Positions 1 through 10,812 of a stretch of DNA of 64,000 nt are shown here, in pieces. The stretch spans positions 869,471 to 933,470 of the forward strand of contig JAXLTY010000001.1 in assembly GCA_046329815.1 (NCBI GenBank), read 5' to 3'. This DNA is from Chitinophagales bacterium (GTDB lineage: Bacteria; Bacteroidota; Bacteroidia; Chitinophagales; JADIYW01). The position numbers and the translations under genes were made by a program. Under the pieces are notes generated by a model. It did not search any database. It was not told the DNA's origin and saw only the letters and a program-made list of their open reading frames with translations. Positions within the stretch are counted from its first letter, which is position 1. Every line of letters starts with the position of its first letter.

Positions 1-135
1 GATTTCTTCGTCAGTTAAAGCAAATGGCTGGTTAGTTTTAATTTTCGACAGCAAAGAATGCACGGCTTGTACCACTTTCCCATCTGCTTCTTCAATTAAC
101 GCATGTATTTCCTGTTTTTGCATCGCGATATTCAT
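1..135 (-). CDS. Hypothetical protein; N-terminal 45 codons only, continues past the window edge
   Basis: ATG at 135-133 on the minus strand; frame open to position 1 (MNIAMQKQEIHALIEEADGKVVQAVHSLLSKIKTNQPFALTDEEI). Missing from the ORF track because it is under 60 aa and has no stop. Confidence 0.3.
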   Translation of the reverse strand, partial: MNIAMQKQEIHALIEEADGKVVQAVHSLLSKIKTNQPFALTDEEI

Positions 136-280
136 AATATGCTATTATTCTAGTAAAATTGATAATTATTTTTGACTTTCCGAAATAGTTTTTTTGTTAA
201 AAACACTATTATAATCTATACAAAATTAGCACTAATAGCTCAGAATTGAAACAGAAAACCAATAGATAATATTGATAAGC

Positions 281-320
281 CGATAAATAAAAATCCGGCA
301 AACTGATACACTTGCCGGAT
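281..320 (-). terminator. Intrinsic terminator downstream of ftsZ
   Basis: Perfect 9-bp stem atccggcaa/ttgccggat (293-301 / 312-320) followed on the minus strand by a T-rich tract (plus 281-292 ataaataaaaat), 30 nt after the ftsZ stop. Confidence 0.55.
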
Positions 321-349
321 TACTTATTGAGAAGTCCACAAATTTTTGA

Positions 350-1960
350 TTAATCCAACGTGATGTCTTTCATTGGATTTTGACGAATTTCGATTTTGCC
401 CGGATTTTCGTTGTTGGTAAAAATCATGTAGTTTGAAAAACTTGACTCATCAGAACTTACAGAATTATCCAACTCCAAGCCATAACGTTTGTATGCCGGT
501 TCTTTTTCCAGTTCATACAAACTGATGTTGTGTTTTTCCATATCCAGCGTAATGCGTTTTTTGATCATGTCACGCTCTAATGGCTGATCGTCAATGGCAT
601 CAGTTTTACTGTCAGTATGCGTTTCAAACAACGTGAATTGTGCTTCCACTACGGTCTGCTGTTTTTTTTTCTCGTCATCCAATTCCGAAATTAATGTTCT
701 TGGCTTGTCCACTATTTTAATATCTGAATCAAAATTCTTGTTTAAGTTCACTTCAAACTCAATTTCATTTTCTTTTGTCGTTTCTTCTTTCAAATTTGGA
801 ATAAATAAATGGTGCTCGTCAACTATTTCTTCTGTTTGTTTCGTCTGAATTACATCAATGATCTCTTTTTTTTCAGGAACAACAGTTTCTGCTACTTTAT
901 TTTCTACGATTGGTTCTGTTTTATTTACAACAGGTTTTTCATCTAACGTATGAACGATCTTTTCCTGTTGCGCGCGCTGTGTTTGCTTGCGTTCACGGCT
1001 GACATCACCACTCTGAAAACCTGTTGCAATCAACGTAATCGCTACATCTGATTCCAAGTTTTCATCTTTACAAACGCCCCAAATTATTTCACAGTCTGTT
1101 TGTGTTTGATTTTGCACTGCATCCGTAATTAGATCTAATTCGCGCATTTTGATACCATCTTTATAAGTGATATATAATACAACACCTTTCGCGCCATAAA
1201 TATCTGCGTCTTCCAGCAATGGTGAGTTCATTGCGCTATTGATCGCATCCATCGCGCGATTGTCGCCGCTGCCTTTTCCAATACCGATAATTGCAACGCC
1301 GCTGTTCTGCATCATACGTTTTACATCGTTGAAGTCCACGTTGATTTGTCCTGGTTTAGTGATGATTTCTGTCACACCTTTTGCGGCTGTTGTTAAAATA
1401 TCATCTGCTTTACTAAAAGCTTCTGCAATATCTAAATCCGGAAAAATTTCATACAATTTATTATTCGATACCACGATCAAAGCATCTACATTTTCTTTCA
1501 TGTTATGAATTCCACGATCTGCTTTTTCGCGTTTCGGTTTGCCTTCGTTAGAAAAAGGAATTGTAACAATACCAACCGTAAGAATGCCTAATTCTTTTGC
1601 AATTTTAGAAACGATCGGAGCCGCGCCTGTACCAGTGCCGCCGCCCATTCCTGCCGTAACGAATACCATTTTTGTATTGTTCGATAAATACATTCTGATC
1701 TCTTCTTCTGCTTCTAATGCCGCACGACGACCATCTTCAGGATCTGCGCCTGCACCTAAACCTTCTAACAAGTTAATACCTAATTGTATTTTTGTCGGAA
1801 CCGGGCTTTTCATTAAATCCTGTTTGTCTGTATTGCACACAGAAAAGTTTACACCAGGAATGCCTTGCTCATACATATAGTTTACAGCATTGCAACCGCC
1901 ACCGCCAACGCCTAATACTTTGATGATAGAGTTATTTTCGCTAAACATTTCAAATTCCAT
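350..1960 (-). CDS. ftsZ: Cell division GTPase FtsZ with a long low-complexity C-terminal linker
   Basis: GVGGGGCNAV tubulin signature and GGGTGTGAAP loop; last gene of the dcw cluster; 536 aa because of a K/E/T-rich linker. Confidence 0.95.
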   Translation of the reverse strand: MEFEMFSENNSIIKVLGVGGGGCNAVNYMYEQGIPGVNFSVCNTDKQDLMKSPVPTKIQLGINLLEGLGAGADPEDGRRAALEAEEEIRMYLSNNTKMVFVTAGMGGGTGTGAAPIVSKIAKELGILTVGIVTIPFSNEGKPKREKADRGIHNMKENVDALIVVSNNKLYEIFPDLDIAEAFSKADDILTTAAKGVTEIITKPGQINVDFNDVKRMMQNSGVAIIGIGKGSGDNRAMDAINSAMNSPLLEDADIYGAKGVVLYITYKDGIKMRELDLITDAVQNQTQTDCEIIWGVCKDENLESDVAITLIATGFQSGDVSRERKQTQRAQQEKIVHTLDEKPVVNKTEPIVENKVAETVVPEKKEIIDVIQTKQTEEIVDEHHLFIPNLKEETTKENEIEFEVNLNKNFDSDIKIVDKPRTLISELDDEKKKQQTVVEAQFTLFETHTDSKTDAIDDQPLERDMIKKRITLDMEKHNISLYELEKEPAYKRYGLELDNSVSSDESSFSNYMIFTNNENPGKIEIRQNPMKDITLD

Positions 1961-2039
1961 CTTTTTATTTTTTATGGTTAAAATTTAAAGTTATATCACG
2001 GAGAACACTGAGCTTTTCACTGAGTAATTCTGATAGTTA

Positions 2040-3455
2040 TTATTTTATGTCATTAAAATCATCCACATCTGATTTTATCCAGTTGCCGAATCTTTCTGTT
2101 AAAGAAGAGATCAATCCGCGTTTGTTTATTTTTTTGAATGCTTCAGATTCTTCTTCCAATTGGAATACTTCCTGTTCTACCTTTGGTTCATCAATATTTA
2201 CTACAACATCTTCTACCATTGGTGTAGAGATTACTTCTGGTTCCAATTGAACTTCTACTACTTTTGGTACTTCTGCAACTTTTGGCGGCGCCATCATTGC
2301 CTGTTCATCCAGTTGTTTAAATGCACGAATCAATAAACCAATACCTGTTGCGTAAATTGGACTGTCCACGTTTGCAATTTTCGTAGAGGCCAGATGTTCC
2401 TTCGGTAAACCGATGCGCGCTGTTTGTCCGGTTTCCAATTCTGTTAATTGTGTTAAGTGTTTTAATTGTGAGCCACCGCCTGTTAAGATGATTCCGCCAA
2501 TTAATTTTTTTCCGAAACCTGATAATTTTATCTGAAAATCTACATGCGCTAAAATTTCTTTCACGCGTGCAGAAATTACTTTTGATACCGCTAACAAATT
2601 TAATTCGCGTGTTCCTGTATTATTGATACCTTGAATAGACACGTGCTGATTACGCAACTCTTCAAAAGGAATTGCAGAACCGTAACGCATTTTCAAAATT
2701 TCTGCTTGATCTTTTAAAATTCTGAAATCGCGTAAATCTTCCGAAATAATATTTCCACCGAAAGGAATTACAGCCGTATGGCGTATTACATGATTTTCAA
2801 AAATTGCTATATCTGTTGTACCACCACCAATATCTACCAAGCAAACACCAGCTTCCAATTCTTCTTTACTCAACACCGCATCAGCAGAAGCCAATGGCTC
2901 TAACTCGATGCCTGCAACTTCTAAACCAGCAATCGTAATGCAACGTTCGATATTTTGGATAGCCGTTTCAGCGCCTGTGATGATGTGAAAATTTCCTTCC
3001 AAACGAATGCCCATCATACCGATTGGCTCCTGATAAATTCCCGGTTCGTTATCAACGATGTATTCTTGCGGCAACACATGTAAAATTCTATCGCCTGGTG
3101 GCAAAGCCAATTTATACATTTCGCTTTTCAGTTTTTGAATATCTTCATAACTGATCCAGGTGTCATTATTGTTACGCGTCAAAATGCCGCGATGTTGCAA
3201 ACTTTTGATATGTTGTCCTGCGATACCAACATGCACACGTTGAATTTTTATTCCAGACTGGCGCTCAGCATCAGCCACTGCGCGCTTGATAGAGTCAACC
3301 GTACGCGCAATGTTTACTACTACACCGCGTTGCACGCCAAACGACGGACAATTGCCGATACCCAGAATTTCAATCTTTCCAAATTGATTTCTTCTACCCA
3401 CTAATGCAGCTACTTTTGATGTACCGATATCAATGGCACAAACTATATTTTCCAT
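2040..3455 (-). CDS. ftsA: Cell division protein FtsA (actin-like ATPase)
   Basis: AIDIGTSKVAALVG and DIGGGTTDIA actin-fold motifs. The ORF-track start (3533) adds about 26 residues. MENIVCAIDIGTSK at 3455 matches canonical FtsA N-termini; Met at 3479 is an alternative. Confidence 0.85.
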   Translation of the reverse strand: MENIVCAIDIGTSKVAALVGRRNQFGKIEILGIGNCPSFGVQRGVVVNIARTVDSIKRAVADAERQSGIKIQRVHVGIAGQHIKSLQHRGILTRNNNDTWISYEDIQKLKSEMYKLALPPGDRILHVLPQEYIVDNEPGIYQEPIGMMGIRLEGNFHIITGAETAIQNIERCITIAGLEVAGIELEPLASADAVLSKEELEAGVCLVDIGGGTTDIAIFENHVIRHTAVIPFGGNIISEDLRDFRILKDQAEILKMRYGSAIPFEELRNQHVSIQGINNTGTRELNLLAVSKVISARVKEILAHVDFQIKLSGFGKKLIGGIILTGGGSQLKHLTQLTELETGQTARIGLPKEHLASTKIANVDSPIYATGIGLLIRAFKQLDEQAMMAPPKVAEVPKVVEVQLEPEVISTPMVEDVVVNIDEPKVEQEVFQLEEESEAFKKINKRGLISSLTERFGNWIKSDVDDFNDIK

Positions 3456-3520
3456 ATTATTTTTTACTTCGTTTTCCATAGCAGAAATTGAGACGTTATT
3501 AACTTGCATATTTCTTAAAT

Positions 3521-4285
3521 TTATTTCAAACAAACGACCTGATCTTTATACATTATGTTGATAACCTTGTATCGATCCCAACCTACTTTTTTCAATACTT
3601 CAAAGTAAAAAACATCGAGTCGTTTTAATTTTTGTTCAATGTCATTATCATCACCAAAAATGATTGTTGCATTTGCAATTCTTGGTATCAATTCTATTTG
3701 CAATTTTTCGTTGATATTGATTTGTCCGATCAATGAATTCCACAATTCATTTTTTTTCAGTTGCTGTAATAATTTGTAAATATCTTTGAGCTGTTTGCCT
3801 TGTACTTTTTGATTCTTGTTACATCTTTCAATGATCAGACCTGTTGCAACAGGAACCTTTGCTGCATAGTTTTCTGTGACCGGAAATTTGATGCCGTTTT
3901 CATCCACATAAAATGATTCGCCAAATGTGTTATATGCACGAAACATTGGAGTTCGTTGATCTACTTTTATCGTCAAAGCGCCTTTATTATCAAGAAAAGC
4001 ATTGGCTTTCAATACTTGCGGAATAACAGATAATGACTCTTCAATTTCTTCCAAATCCTTTCCTGAAAGCGCTTTTCCTATTACATTAAATTTGCTGTTA
4101 ACAACATTTAAAACCTGTGCTTTTGTAACAAAAAAATTACCATTCCACTCATCAATATTGACTTCAATATTTTTTACAGTGTTTTGAACGCGGTTATTTT
4201 TTGCCAGTACAATCAAAACAATAAACACCGTAAGACCAAGTAACATGGAGACACGAATGATAATATTTTTTACTGTTTTGTTCAC
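3521..4285 (-). CDS. ftsQ: Cell division protein FtsQ (single N-terminal TM, POTRA-like)
   Basis: Position between murC and ftsA; N-terminal TM helix (IIIRVSMLLGLTVFIVLIVL); about 250 aa. Confidence 0.75.
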   Translation of the reverse strand: MNKTVKNIIIRVSMLLGLTVFIVLIVLAKNNRVQNTVKNIEVNIDEWNGNFFVTKAQVLNVVNSKFNVIGKALSGKDLEEIEESLSVIPQVLKANAFLDNKGALTIKVDQRTPMFRAYNTFGESFYVDENGIKFPVTENYAAKVPVATGLIIERCNKNQKVQGKQLKDIYKLLQQLKKNELWNSLIGQININEKLQIELIPRIANATIIFGDDNDIEQKLKRLDVFYFEVLKKVGWDRYKVINIMYKDQVVCLK

Positions 4286-4305
4286 GAATAGTTATAAGTT
4301 ATTTG

Positions 4306-5682
4306 TTATGCGTTATTAGGTGTTTGGTTATTTAATAGATTTTTGATTTCAGATATTTTAGTGTCAATATCGCCGGCGCCAACAGTCAGCAATACTTCAA
4401 TATCAGTTTTACTTTTTAAATAATCCATCAAATCATTTTTAGTAACTATTCGTTTGTTAGGAATAGTTACTTTATCCAAAATAATTTGACTCGTGACACC
4501 TTCGATTGGTTTTTCACGCGCCGGATAGATATCTAACAAAATCAATTCATCTACTTTTGATAAAGATGCAGCAAATTCATCGCACAAATCTTTTGTTCTT
4601 GAAAATAAATGTGGCTGAAAAATGGCTGTAATCTTTCTGTTTGGATATAATTCTTTTGCTGCTGAAAGTGTTGCATCTAATTCTCTTGGATGGTGTGCAT
4701 AATCATCAATATACACAAATTTATCATTGCGCACATGCGTTTCAAATCTGCGTTTCACACCTTTAAATGTTGCAATTGCATTTTTTATATCTTTTTCTGA
4801 AACACCAATATTTATTGCTATTGCGATAGCACCAATGGCATTTTCCACATTATGTCGTCCGCCATAATATGATTTTACATTTTGTGTTTTTCCACTTGGA
4901 TGCACCACGTCAAATGTATATTCACCATTATTTACAATCAAGTTTTCTGCATAGAAATCAGCTTTGTTATCTAACAAACTATAACGCAAGTTTTTGACGT
5001 TTTTATTCAGTATTTTTTCTTTGATAGAAATATGTGTAATCAAAATTCCATTATCGCGTACTTTATTACAAAACGCGTGAAATGAATCTTCAATCGCTTC
5101 CAGGTTTCCGTAAATATCCAAATGATCGGTGTCAACAGAAGTAATCAATGCGATGTTTGGCTCGAGTTGTAAGAATGAACGATCGAACTCATCTGCTTCA
5201 GCGATCGCGTAATCATTACCATCTATAAAGTTTGAATTGAAATTGATGCAAATTCCGCCTAAAAATGCAGCTACGCTTTTTTTTGATTCATGTAAAATAT
5301 GTGCAACGATTGATGATGTTGATGTTTTACCGTGTGAACCTGCAATTGAAATATTAAACATCGAATTCGCTGCCAAGCCCAATATTTGTGCGCGTTTCAG
5401 CACGCTGTAATTATTTATCAAGTACCAATTATATTGCAAATGGTCTTTAGGAATTGCAGGTGTGAAGATGATTAGTTCTGCATCTTTATCTAAAGTTTCC
5501 AGCGAATCTTCAAACGTAATTTTGATGCCTTCATTTATTAATTCATCAGTTAATACCGTTGGCGTTTTATCATAACCTGAAACAATTTTGCCGTGTAAAT
5601 TAAAATAACGTGCCAATGCGCTCATGCCGATACCGCCGATGCCGAGAAAATAAATGCGTTGTATGTTATTTAAGTTGATCAT
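4306..5682 (-). CDS. murC: UDP-N-acetylmuramate--L-alanine ligase
   Basis: Mur ligase fold with GIGGIGMSALA N-terminal motif and GSHGKTSTSS P-loop; sits between murG and ftsQ. Confidence 0.9.
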   Translation of the reverse strand: MINLNNIQRIYFLGIGGIGMSALARYFNLHGKIVSGYDKTPTVLTDELINEGIKITFEDSLETLDKDAELIIFTPAIPKDHLQYNWYLINNYSVLKRAQILGLAANSMFNISIAGSHGKTSTSSIVAHILHESKKSVAAFLGGICINFNSNFIDGNDYAIAEADEFDRSFLQLEPNIALITSVDTDHLDIYGNLEAIEDSFHAFCNKVRDNGILITHISIKEKILNKNVKNLRYSLLDNKADFYAENLIVNNGEYTFDVVHPSGKTQNVKSYYGGRHNVENAIGAIAIAINIGVSEKDIKNAIATFKGVKRRFETHVRNDKFVYIDDYAHHPRELDATLSAAKELYPNRKITAIFQPHLFSRTKDLCDEFAASLSKVDELILLDIYPAREKPIEGVTSQIILDKVTIPNKRIVTKNDLMDYLKSKTDIEVLLTVGAGDIDTKISEIKNLLNNQTPNNA

Positions 5683-5705
5683 TTGTCTGAATCAGGATTT
5701 GCGGA

Positions 5706-6824
5706 TTATTGGATTTGATGGATAATTTCGTTTACGATATCATTGGCAGCATTTGTTTTTGCTAATGTTTTGATGTTTGCTGATAATGCTGTTTGTTTAT
5801 TTGAATCGTTCAACAAACTCAAAACTGTTTCACCTAATTTTTCTTTTGCTTCGATATCTTTTACTAAAATCGCTGCATTTTTATTTACTAATGCCATTGC
5901 ATTTTTTGTCTGATGGTCTTCAGAAACATTTGGCGATGGGATCAGAATACACGGTTTGCCTACGATGCATAATTCTGAAATAGATAATGCGCCAGCCCTT
6001 GATATTATTATATCTGCAGCCGAATATGCTAAGTTCATTTCTTTAATAAACTGATGAATTTTGATGTTCGACAAATCTTTATTTTTTGTTCGTTCGATAA
6101 TTCCGTCATAATAAATTTTGCCGGTTTGCCAAAGCAATTGAACGCCTGAATTATTCAGCAAATCAATATTTTTTTCAATCGATTCATTTATTGTCCGAGC
6201 ACCTAAGCTTCCGCCAATTATCAAAATTGTTTTTTTGTTTTCATCTAATTTAAAGAGCTGAAGTGCTTCTGATTTTACTGGCGAAGCAGCCGTAATATCT
6301 TTTCGAACAGGATTTCCAGTTAACAGAATTTTACTCGCATTGAAAAAATTATTCAGATTATCATACGCGACAAAAATCTTTTTTGCAAACTTTGATAATA
6401 TTTTATTGGTGATTCCAGGATAAGAATTTTGTTCCTGAATAAATATCTTAATTCCTGACAAAGCAGCCAAAAACAAAACAGGTCCGCTCGCATAACCACC
6501 GACACCAATGCATGCATCCGGTTTAAAGTCTTTAATTACTTTGCGCGCCTGCATCAGACTTTTCAGTACTTTAAACGGAAATGCCAAATTCTTTAACGTC
6601 AAACTTCTTTGCAAACCAACTACATCCAAACCGACAATTTTATAACCTGCTTGTGGTACTTTTTCCATTTCCATTCTTCCCTTTGCACCAACAAATAAAA
6701 TCTCTGCATTCGTATCATTTTGTTTTAATGCATCAGCAATAGCAACAGCCGGAAAGATATGCCCGCCGGTGCCGCCACCTGCTATAATAAATTTTTTAGT
6801 CGTATGTTGTGAGTCGTGAGTCAT
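5706..6824 (-). CDS. murG: Undecaprenyl-PP-MurNAc-pentapeptide UDP-GlcNAc transferase
   Basis: GGGTGGHIFPA G-loop and GT28 architecture; dcw position. Confidence 0.9.
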   Translation of the reverse strand: MTHDSQHTTKKFIIAGGGTGGHIFPAVAIADALKQNDTNAEILFVGAKGRMEMEKVPQAGYKIVGLDVVGLQRSLTLKNLAFPFKVLKSLMQARKVIKDFKPDACIGVGGYASGPVLFLAALSGIKIFIQEQNSYPGITNKILSKFAKKIFVAYDNLNNFFNASKILLTGNPVRKDITAASPVKSEALQLFKLDENKKTILIIGGSLGARTINESIEKNIDLLNNSGVQLLWQTGKIYYDGIIERTKNKDLSNIKIHQFIKEMNLAYSAADIIISRAGALSISELCIVGKPCILIPSPNVSEDHQTKNAMALVNKNAAILVKDIEAKEKLGETVLSLLNDSNKQTALSANIKTLAKTNAANDIVNEIIHQIQ

Positions 6825-6830
6825 AAATTG

Positions 6831-8030
6831 TTATCCGTGAATTTCATCTACTACTTTTTTCTTTTCTTTCTTTACAGTTGATTTTGATGTTTCCATTTTT
6901 TCTTCCACACTTCTGCTTACACTTAAAATAATTCCAATGGCAAATGCATTGAACCAGATACTCGTGCCGCCCCAACTGATCATCGGCAAAGTGATACCTG
7001 TGTTTGGTAATAAATGCACGTTCACGCCCATGTGAATGATGGCTTGCAGTACCATGCTCGTACCTAAGCCCACCGCCATTAATGCACCGAATGCTCGTGG
7101 TGAATTCTTGACAAGTATAATTAGGCGCCACATAAAAGCAAGGTACAAGAACAATACAAATGCGCCACCTAACAAACCATATTCTTCTATTAGTGTTGAA
7201 TAAATAAAATCGGAAAATGCATCCGGCAAGAAATTGCATTGTGTACTTTTTCCAGGTGCTAAACGAAATAATCCACCTTTTGCAATAGCTATATATGCTT
7301 GCTTTTGCTGATAGAAATCATCCGAATTTATATCAGGATTTTGCCAACTTGTCACACGTCCTAACCAAACATCTGCACGTCCATGGTCTTTGATAAAGAA
7401 CCAGGAAAAGGCAATAATCATTGCCACCATGACTACACCAGAACCAATAATCGCCATAATAAATTTTGTGCTCACGCGCCCAATAAATAAAACGACAATA
7501 CAGGTCGCGAATAAAATTCCTGCACTTGAAAAATTGTCAAACATAATCAAACCACAAATCAATAAAATTGGTGCCATGATGTGAATGGTAACCTCTTTGA
7601 TGTCTTTAATTACACCTTGTTTTTTGGATAACATACGCGATGTGTACATGATGAGTGCGAGCTTTGCAAAATCGGAAGACTGAAACGTTAAGCCAACCAC
7701 CGGAATGCGAACCCAGCGGCTAGCATCATTAATTCGAACGCCAAAAAACTTGGTGTATAATAATAACGGAACCGAAATAATCAACATCATTTGTGCGATA
7801 CGTGAAAAATAACGATGATCGATTTGGTGAATAATATAGGTAATAAACAAGCCAACGCCTAACATGAACCCATGTCGTAATAAATAGTATTCTGTATTTC
7901 CGTGTGTATTTTTATACGCCAATGAGCGCGTTGAACTATAGACTAACAACAAAGAAATAGCGCTCAGTGCAGCAACGATGTACCACACATATTTATCGCC
8001 TTTGATGTTATTTATAATTCTTCCGAGCAT
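6831..8030 (-). CDS. ftsW: Lipid II flippase / peptidoglycan glycosyltransferase FtsW (SEDS family)
   Basis: Multi-TM SEDS protein between murD and murG. Confidence 0.85.
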   Translation of the reverse strand: MLGRIINNIKGDKYVWYIVAALSAISLLLVYSSTRSLAYKNTHGNTEYYLLRHGFMLGVGLFITYIIHQIDHRYFSRIAQMMLIISVPLLLYTKFFGVRINDASRWVRIPVVGLTFQSSDFAKLALIMYTSRMLSKKQGVIKDIKEVTIHIMAPILLICGLIMFDNFSSAGILFATCIVVLFIGRVSTKFIMAIIGSGVVMVAMIIAFSWFFIKDHGRADVWLGRVTSWQNPDINSDDFYQQKQAYIAIAKGGLFRLAPGKSTQCNFLPDAFSDFIYSTLIEEYGLLGGAFVLFLYLAFMWRLIILVKNSPRAFGALMAVGLGTSMVLQAIIHMGVNVHLLPNTGITLPMISWGGTSIWFNAFAIGIILSVSRSVEEKMETSKSTVKKEKKKVVDEIHG

Positions 8031-8106
8031 GGTTAGATTTAAGAGTATGAATTTTAAATTAAGATGCTTTGCAGTTCACTTATAATTTAGAATTCAAAAT
8101 TTATAA

Positions 8107-9444
8107 TTACAGATTCAACACATTACGTTTGAATTGTTTGCCTCTGTCTTCGTAATTTTCAAATAAATCGAAACTTGCGCAACATGGTGATAATAAAACG
8201 ACATCGCCTTTATCGCTTATGTTATAAGCCATTTGCACCGCTTGTTCCATTGATTGCGTATCAACTATGTAACCCACTTCTGACGCAAATGCCTCGTGCA
8301 ATTTTTCATTATCTTTTCCTAAACAGATAATTGCTTTTACTTTTTTATTTACTAAATCTTTGATCAATGTATAATCATTTCCTTTATCAACACCGCCTAA
8401 AATAAGCACTGTTGGTTTTGTCATCGACTCTAACGCATACCATGTAGAATTTACATTGGTTGCTTTGGAATCATTAATAAAATCTACATTTCTGATCGTT
8501 GCAACAAATTCTAAACGATGTTCTAAATTTTTAAAATCTTCTAATGACTCGCGAATTTTGTCGTTGCGTACACCGACTAATTTTGCAGAGATGGCTGCAG
8601 CCATTGAGTTGTAGGAATTGTGAATTCCGTGGATAGCTAAATCACTTGTTGGCATGGTAAAATTGTTTTTATTGATGTTAATTATTAATTGATCTTTGTC
8701 GATGTAAGCTCCATTTTCAATAGGTTTGAAATAAGAAAATGGAATTTTTTGTACTTCGTTATTTGCTTTAGAAAGATTATTCATTGTTACTTCATCATCG
8801 TAGCAATAGATAAAATAATCTTCTTTGGTTTGATTTTTTGTGATGGAAAATTTTGAGTTAATATAGTTTTCAAATTTATAATCATATCGGTCTAAATGAT
8901 CTTCAGTGATGTTGCATAACACACTAACCAATGGTTTGAACGTTATACAATTATCTAACTGAAAAGAAGACACTTCCAATACAAAGTATTCTTTATCGCC
9001 ATTTGCTACCTGGCGTGCATAGCTTGTTCCGATGTTACCGCCAAGACCAACATTATATGCTGCTTTTTCGAGAATATGATAGATCAAAGATGTCGTTGTC
9101 GTTTTTCCGTTAGAACCAGTAATTGCTATTACTTTGGCTGATGAATAACGAAACGCAAACTCGATTTCAGAAATAATCTCAATATTTTTTTCTTTGACTT
9201 TTTTGATGATCGGCGCTTTATCAGGAATACCAGGACTTTTGATAATTGTAGTTGCTGATAAAACAATTTCTTCGGTATGCTTTTCTTCTTCGAATGCAAT
9301 ATTCAATGCAAGCAGCTCTTGTTTGTACTTGTCTTTTATTTTACCAAAATCAGAAACAAACACATCCATACCTTGCTTTTGTGCAAGAATAGCTGCGCCA
9401 ACACCGCTTTCGCCACTACCTAATATGACTATTTTTTCGTTCAC
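8107..9444 (-). CDS. murD: UDP-N-acetylmuramoylalanine--D-glutamate ligase
   Basis: GSGESG Rossmann N-terminus and GSNGKTTTT P-loop; dcw position. Confidence 0.9.
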   Translation of the reverse strand: MNEKIVILGSGESGVGAAILAQKQGMDVFVSDFGKIKDKYKQELLALNIAFEEEKHTEEIVLSATTIIKSPGIPDKAPIIKKVKEKNIEIISEIEFAFRYSSAKVIAITGSNGKTTTTSLIYHILEKAAYNVGLGGNIGTSYARQVANGDKEYFVLEVSSFQLDNCITFKPLVSVLCNITEDHLDRYDYKFENYINSKFSITKNQTKEDYFIYCYDDEVTMNNLSKANNEVQKIPFSYFKPIENGAYIDKDQLIININKNNFTMPTSDLAIHGIHNSYNSMAAAISAKLVGVRNDKIRESLEDFKNLEHRLEFVATIRNVDFINDSKATNVNSTWYALESMTKPTVLILGGVDKGNDYTLIKDLVNKKVKAIICLGKDNEKLHEAFASEVGYIVDTQSMEQAVQMAYNISDKGDVVLLSPCCASFDLFENYEDRGKQFKRNVLNL

Positions 9445-9447
9445 TGC

Positions 9448-10752
9448 TTATCTGATTTTTAAGGTTACAAAAGTGATTACCGCTAACAACACACTTACGA
9501 TGATAAAACGTGTTACAATCTTTGATTCGTGATAACCGAGCTTTTGATAATGATGATGTAATGGTGACATTTTAAAGATTCGTCTGCCTTCACCATACAT
9601 TCTTTTGGTGTATTTAAAGTATGCAACTTGCAATGTTACAGACAATGTTTCTGCAAAGAATATTCCGCATAAAACAGGAATCAACAATTCTTTTCTAACA
9701 ATCAATGCGATAGTTGCGATAACGCCGCCAAGCATCAAACTGCCTGTGTCGCCCATAAATACAGTTGCAGGAAATGCATTGTACCACATAAAACCAATGC
9801 ATGCACCAACGATTGCGGCACACACAATCACGACTTCCGCAGAATCAGGAATATAGAGTACGTTTAAATAATCGGCTAGTTTTATATTACCACTTACATA
9901 TGCAAAAATCGCCAGCGTCATCATTACTACAATAGAAACACCGGAAGCCAAACCATCAATACCATCGGTAAGATTGGCTGCATTAGAAACTGCTGTAATA
10001 ATAAAAATCACAAATGGAATAAAGATAATCCAACCCCATTTTTGATAATCTTTTGTGAATGGTTTTAGCAAATAAGTATAGTCTAACAAATTGTCTTTTA
10101 TAAACGGCAAGTTTGTTTTTAATGCTTTGGTCTGATGCGATAAATATTCATCACCAACACGTGTGCCAATGTTTTCGTACATTACAGAAGCTGTCGGCAC
10201 TACTTCTTCCGGATTATTCCAGTCAATTTTATTCTCTTTGTCAACTTTATAAATAAATACATTATTAAAATCGCGGCATTTAACGTCAGGATGAAAATAT
10301 AAAGTACAGCCAACTATCAAACCTAAAACTACCTGTGCTAAAATTTTAAATTTACCACGCAAACCTTCTTTATCTTTTTTAAAAACCTTGATGTAATCAT
10401 CAATAAAACCAATAGCACCCATCCAAAGCGTAGAAACCAATAACAAAATTACATACACATTATTCAGACGCGCGAATAACAATGTCGGAATAACAATGGC
10501 AGCAATTATGATAACGCCACCCATTGTCGGTGTTCCTTTTTTCTGCACTTGTCCTTCCAAACCTAAATCACGCACACTTTCGCCGATCTGCATTTTTTGC
10601 AAACGCTGAATAACGCGCTTACCAATTACAACAGAAATTATTAATGACAACAAAACCGACATTGCACCACGAAATGTGATGAACTGAAACAAACCACCGC
10701 CTGGTATGTCGATGTCATGTTGTTCTAAAAATTTGAAGAAATGATATAGCAT
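9448..10752 (-). CDS. mraY: Phospho-N-acetylmuramoyl-pentapeptide transferase
   Basis: Polytopic membrane protein with [13 protein letters not shown] motif characteristic of MraY; dcw position. Confidence 0.9.
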   Translation of the reverse strand: MLYHFFKFLEQHDIDIPGGGLFQFITFRGAMSVLLSLIISVVIGKRVIQRLQKMQIGESVRDLGLEGQVQKKGTPTMGGVIIIAAIVIPTLLFARLNNVYVILLLVSTLWMGAIGFIDDYIKVFKKDKEGLRGKFKILAQVVLGLIVGCTLYFHPDVKCRDFNNVFIYKVDKENKIDWNNPEEVVPTASVMYENIGTRVGDEYLSHQTKALKTNLPFIKDNLLDYTYLLKPFTKDYQKWGWIIFIPFVIFIITAVSNAANLTDGIDGLASGVSIVVMMTLAIFAYVSGNIKLADYLNVLYIPDSAEVVIVCAAIVGACIGFMWYNAFPATVFMGDTGSLMLGGVIATIALIVRKELLIPVLCGIFFAETLSVTLQVAYFKYTKRMYGEGRRIFKMSPLHHHYQKLGYHESKIVTRFIIVSVLLAVITFVTLKIR

Positions 10753-10812
10753 GTTAATTTGAAAATTTGAAAATGAATTAATTTAAGAATGCTGTTCTTT
10801 TGAATTCTAATT

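Noticed and set aside
594-1880. Plus-strand ORFs 594-848, 1239-1508 and 1539-1880 inside ftsZ
   Set aside because: Antisense to a well-supported conserved gene; low-complexity translations; no independent signals.
6844-7239. 131-aa minus-strand ORF in an alternative frame inside ftsW
   Set aside because: Fully nested out-of-frame within the SEDS gene; Cys/Arg-rich composition typical of a frame artefact.
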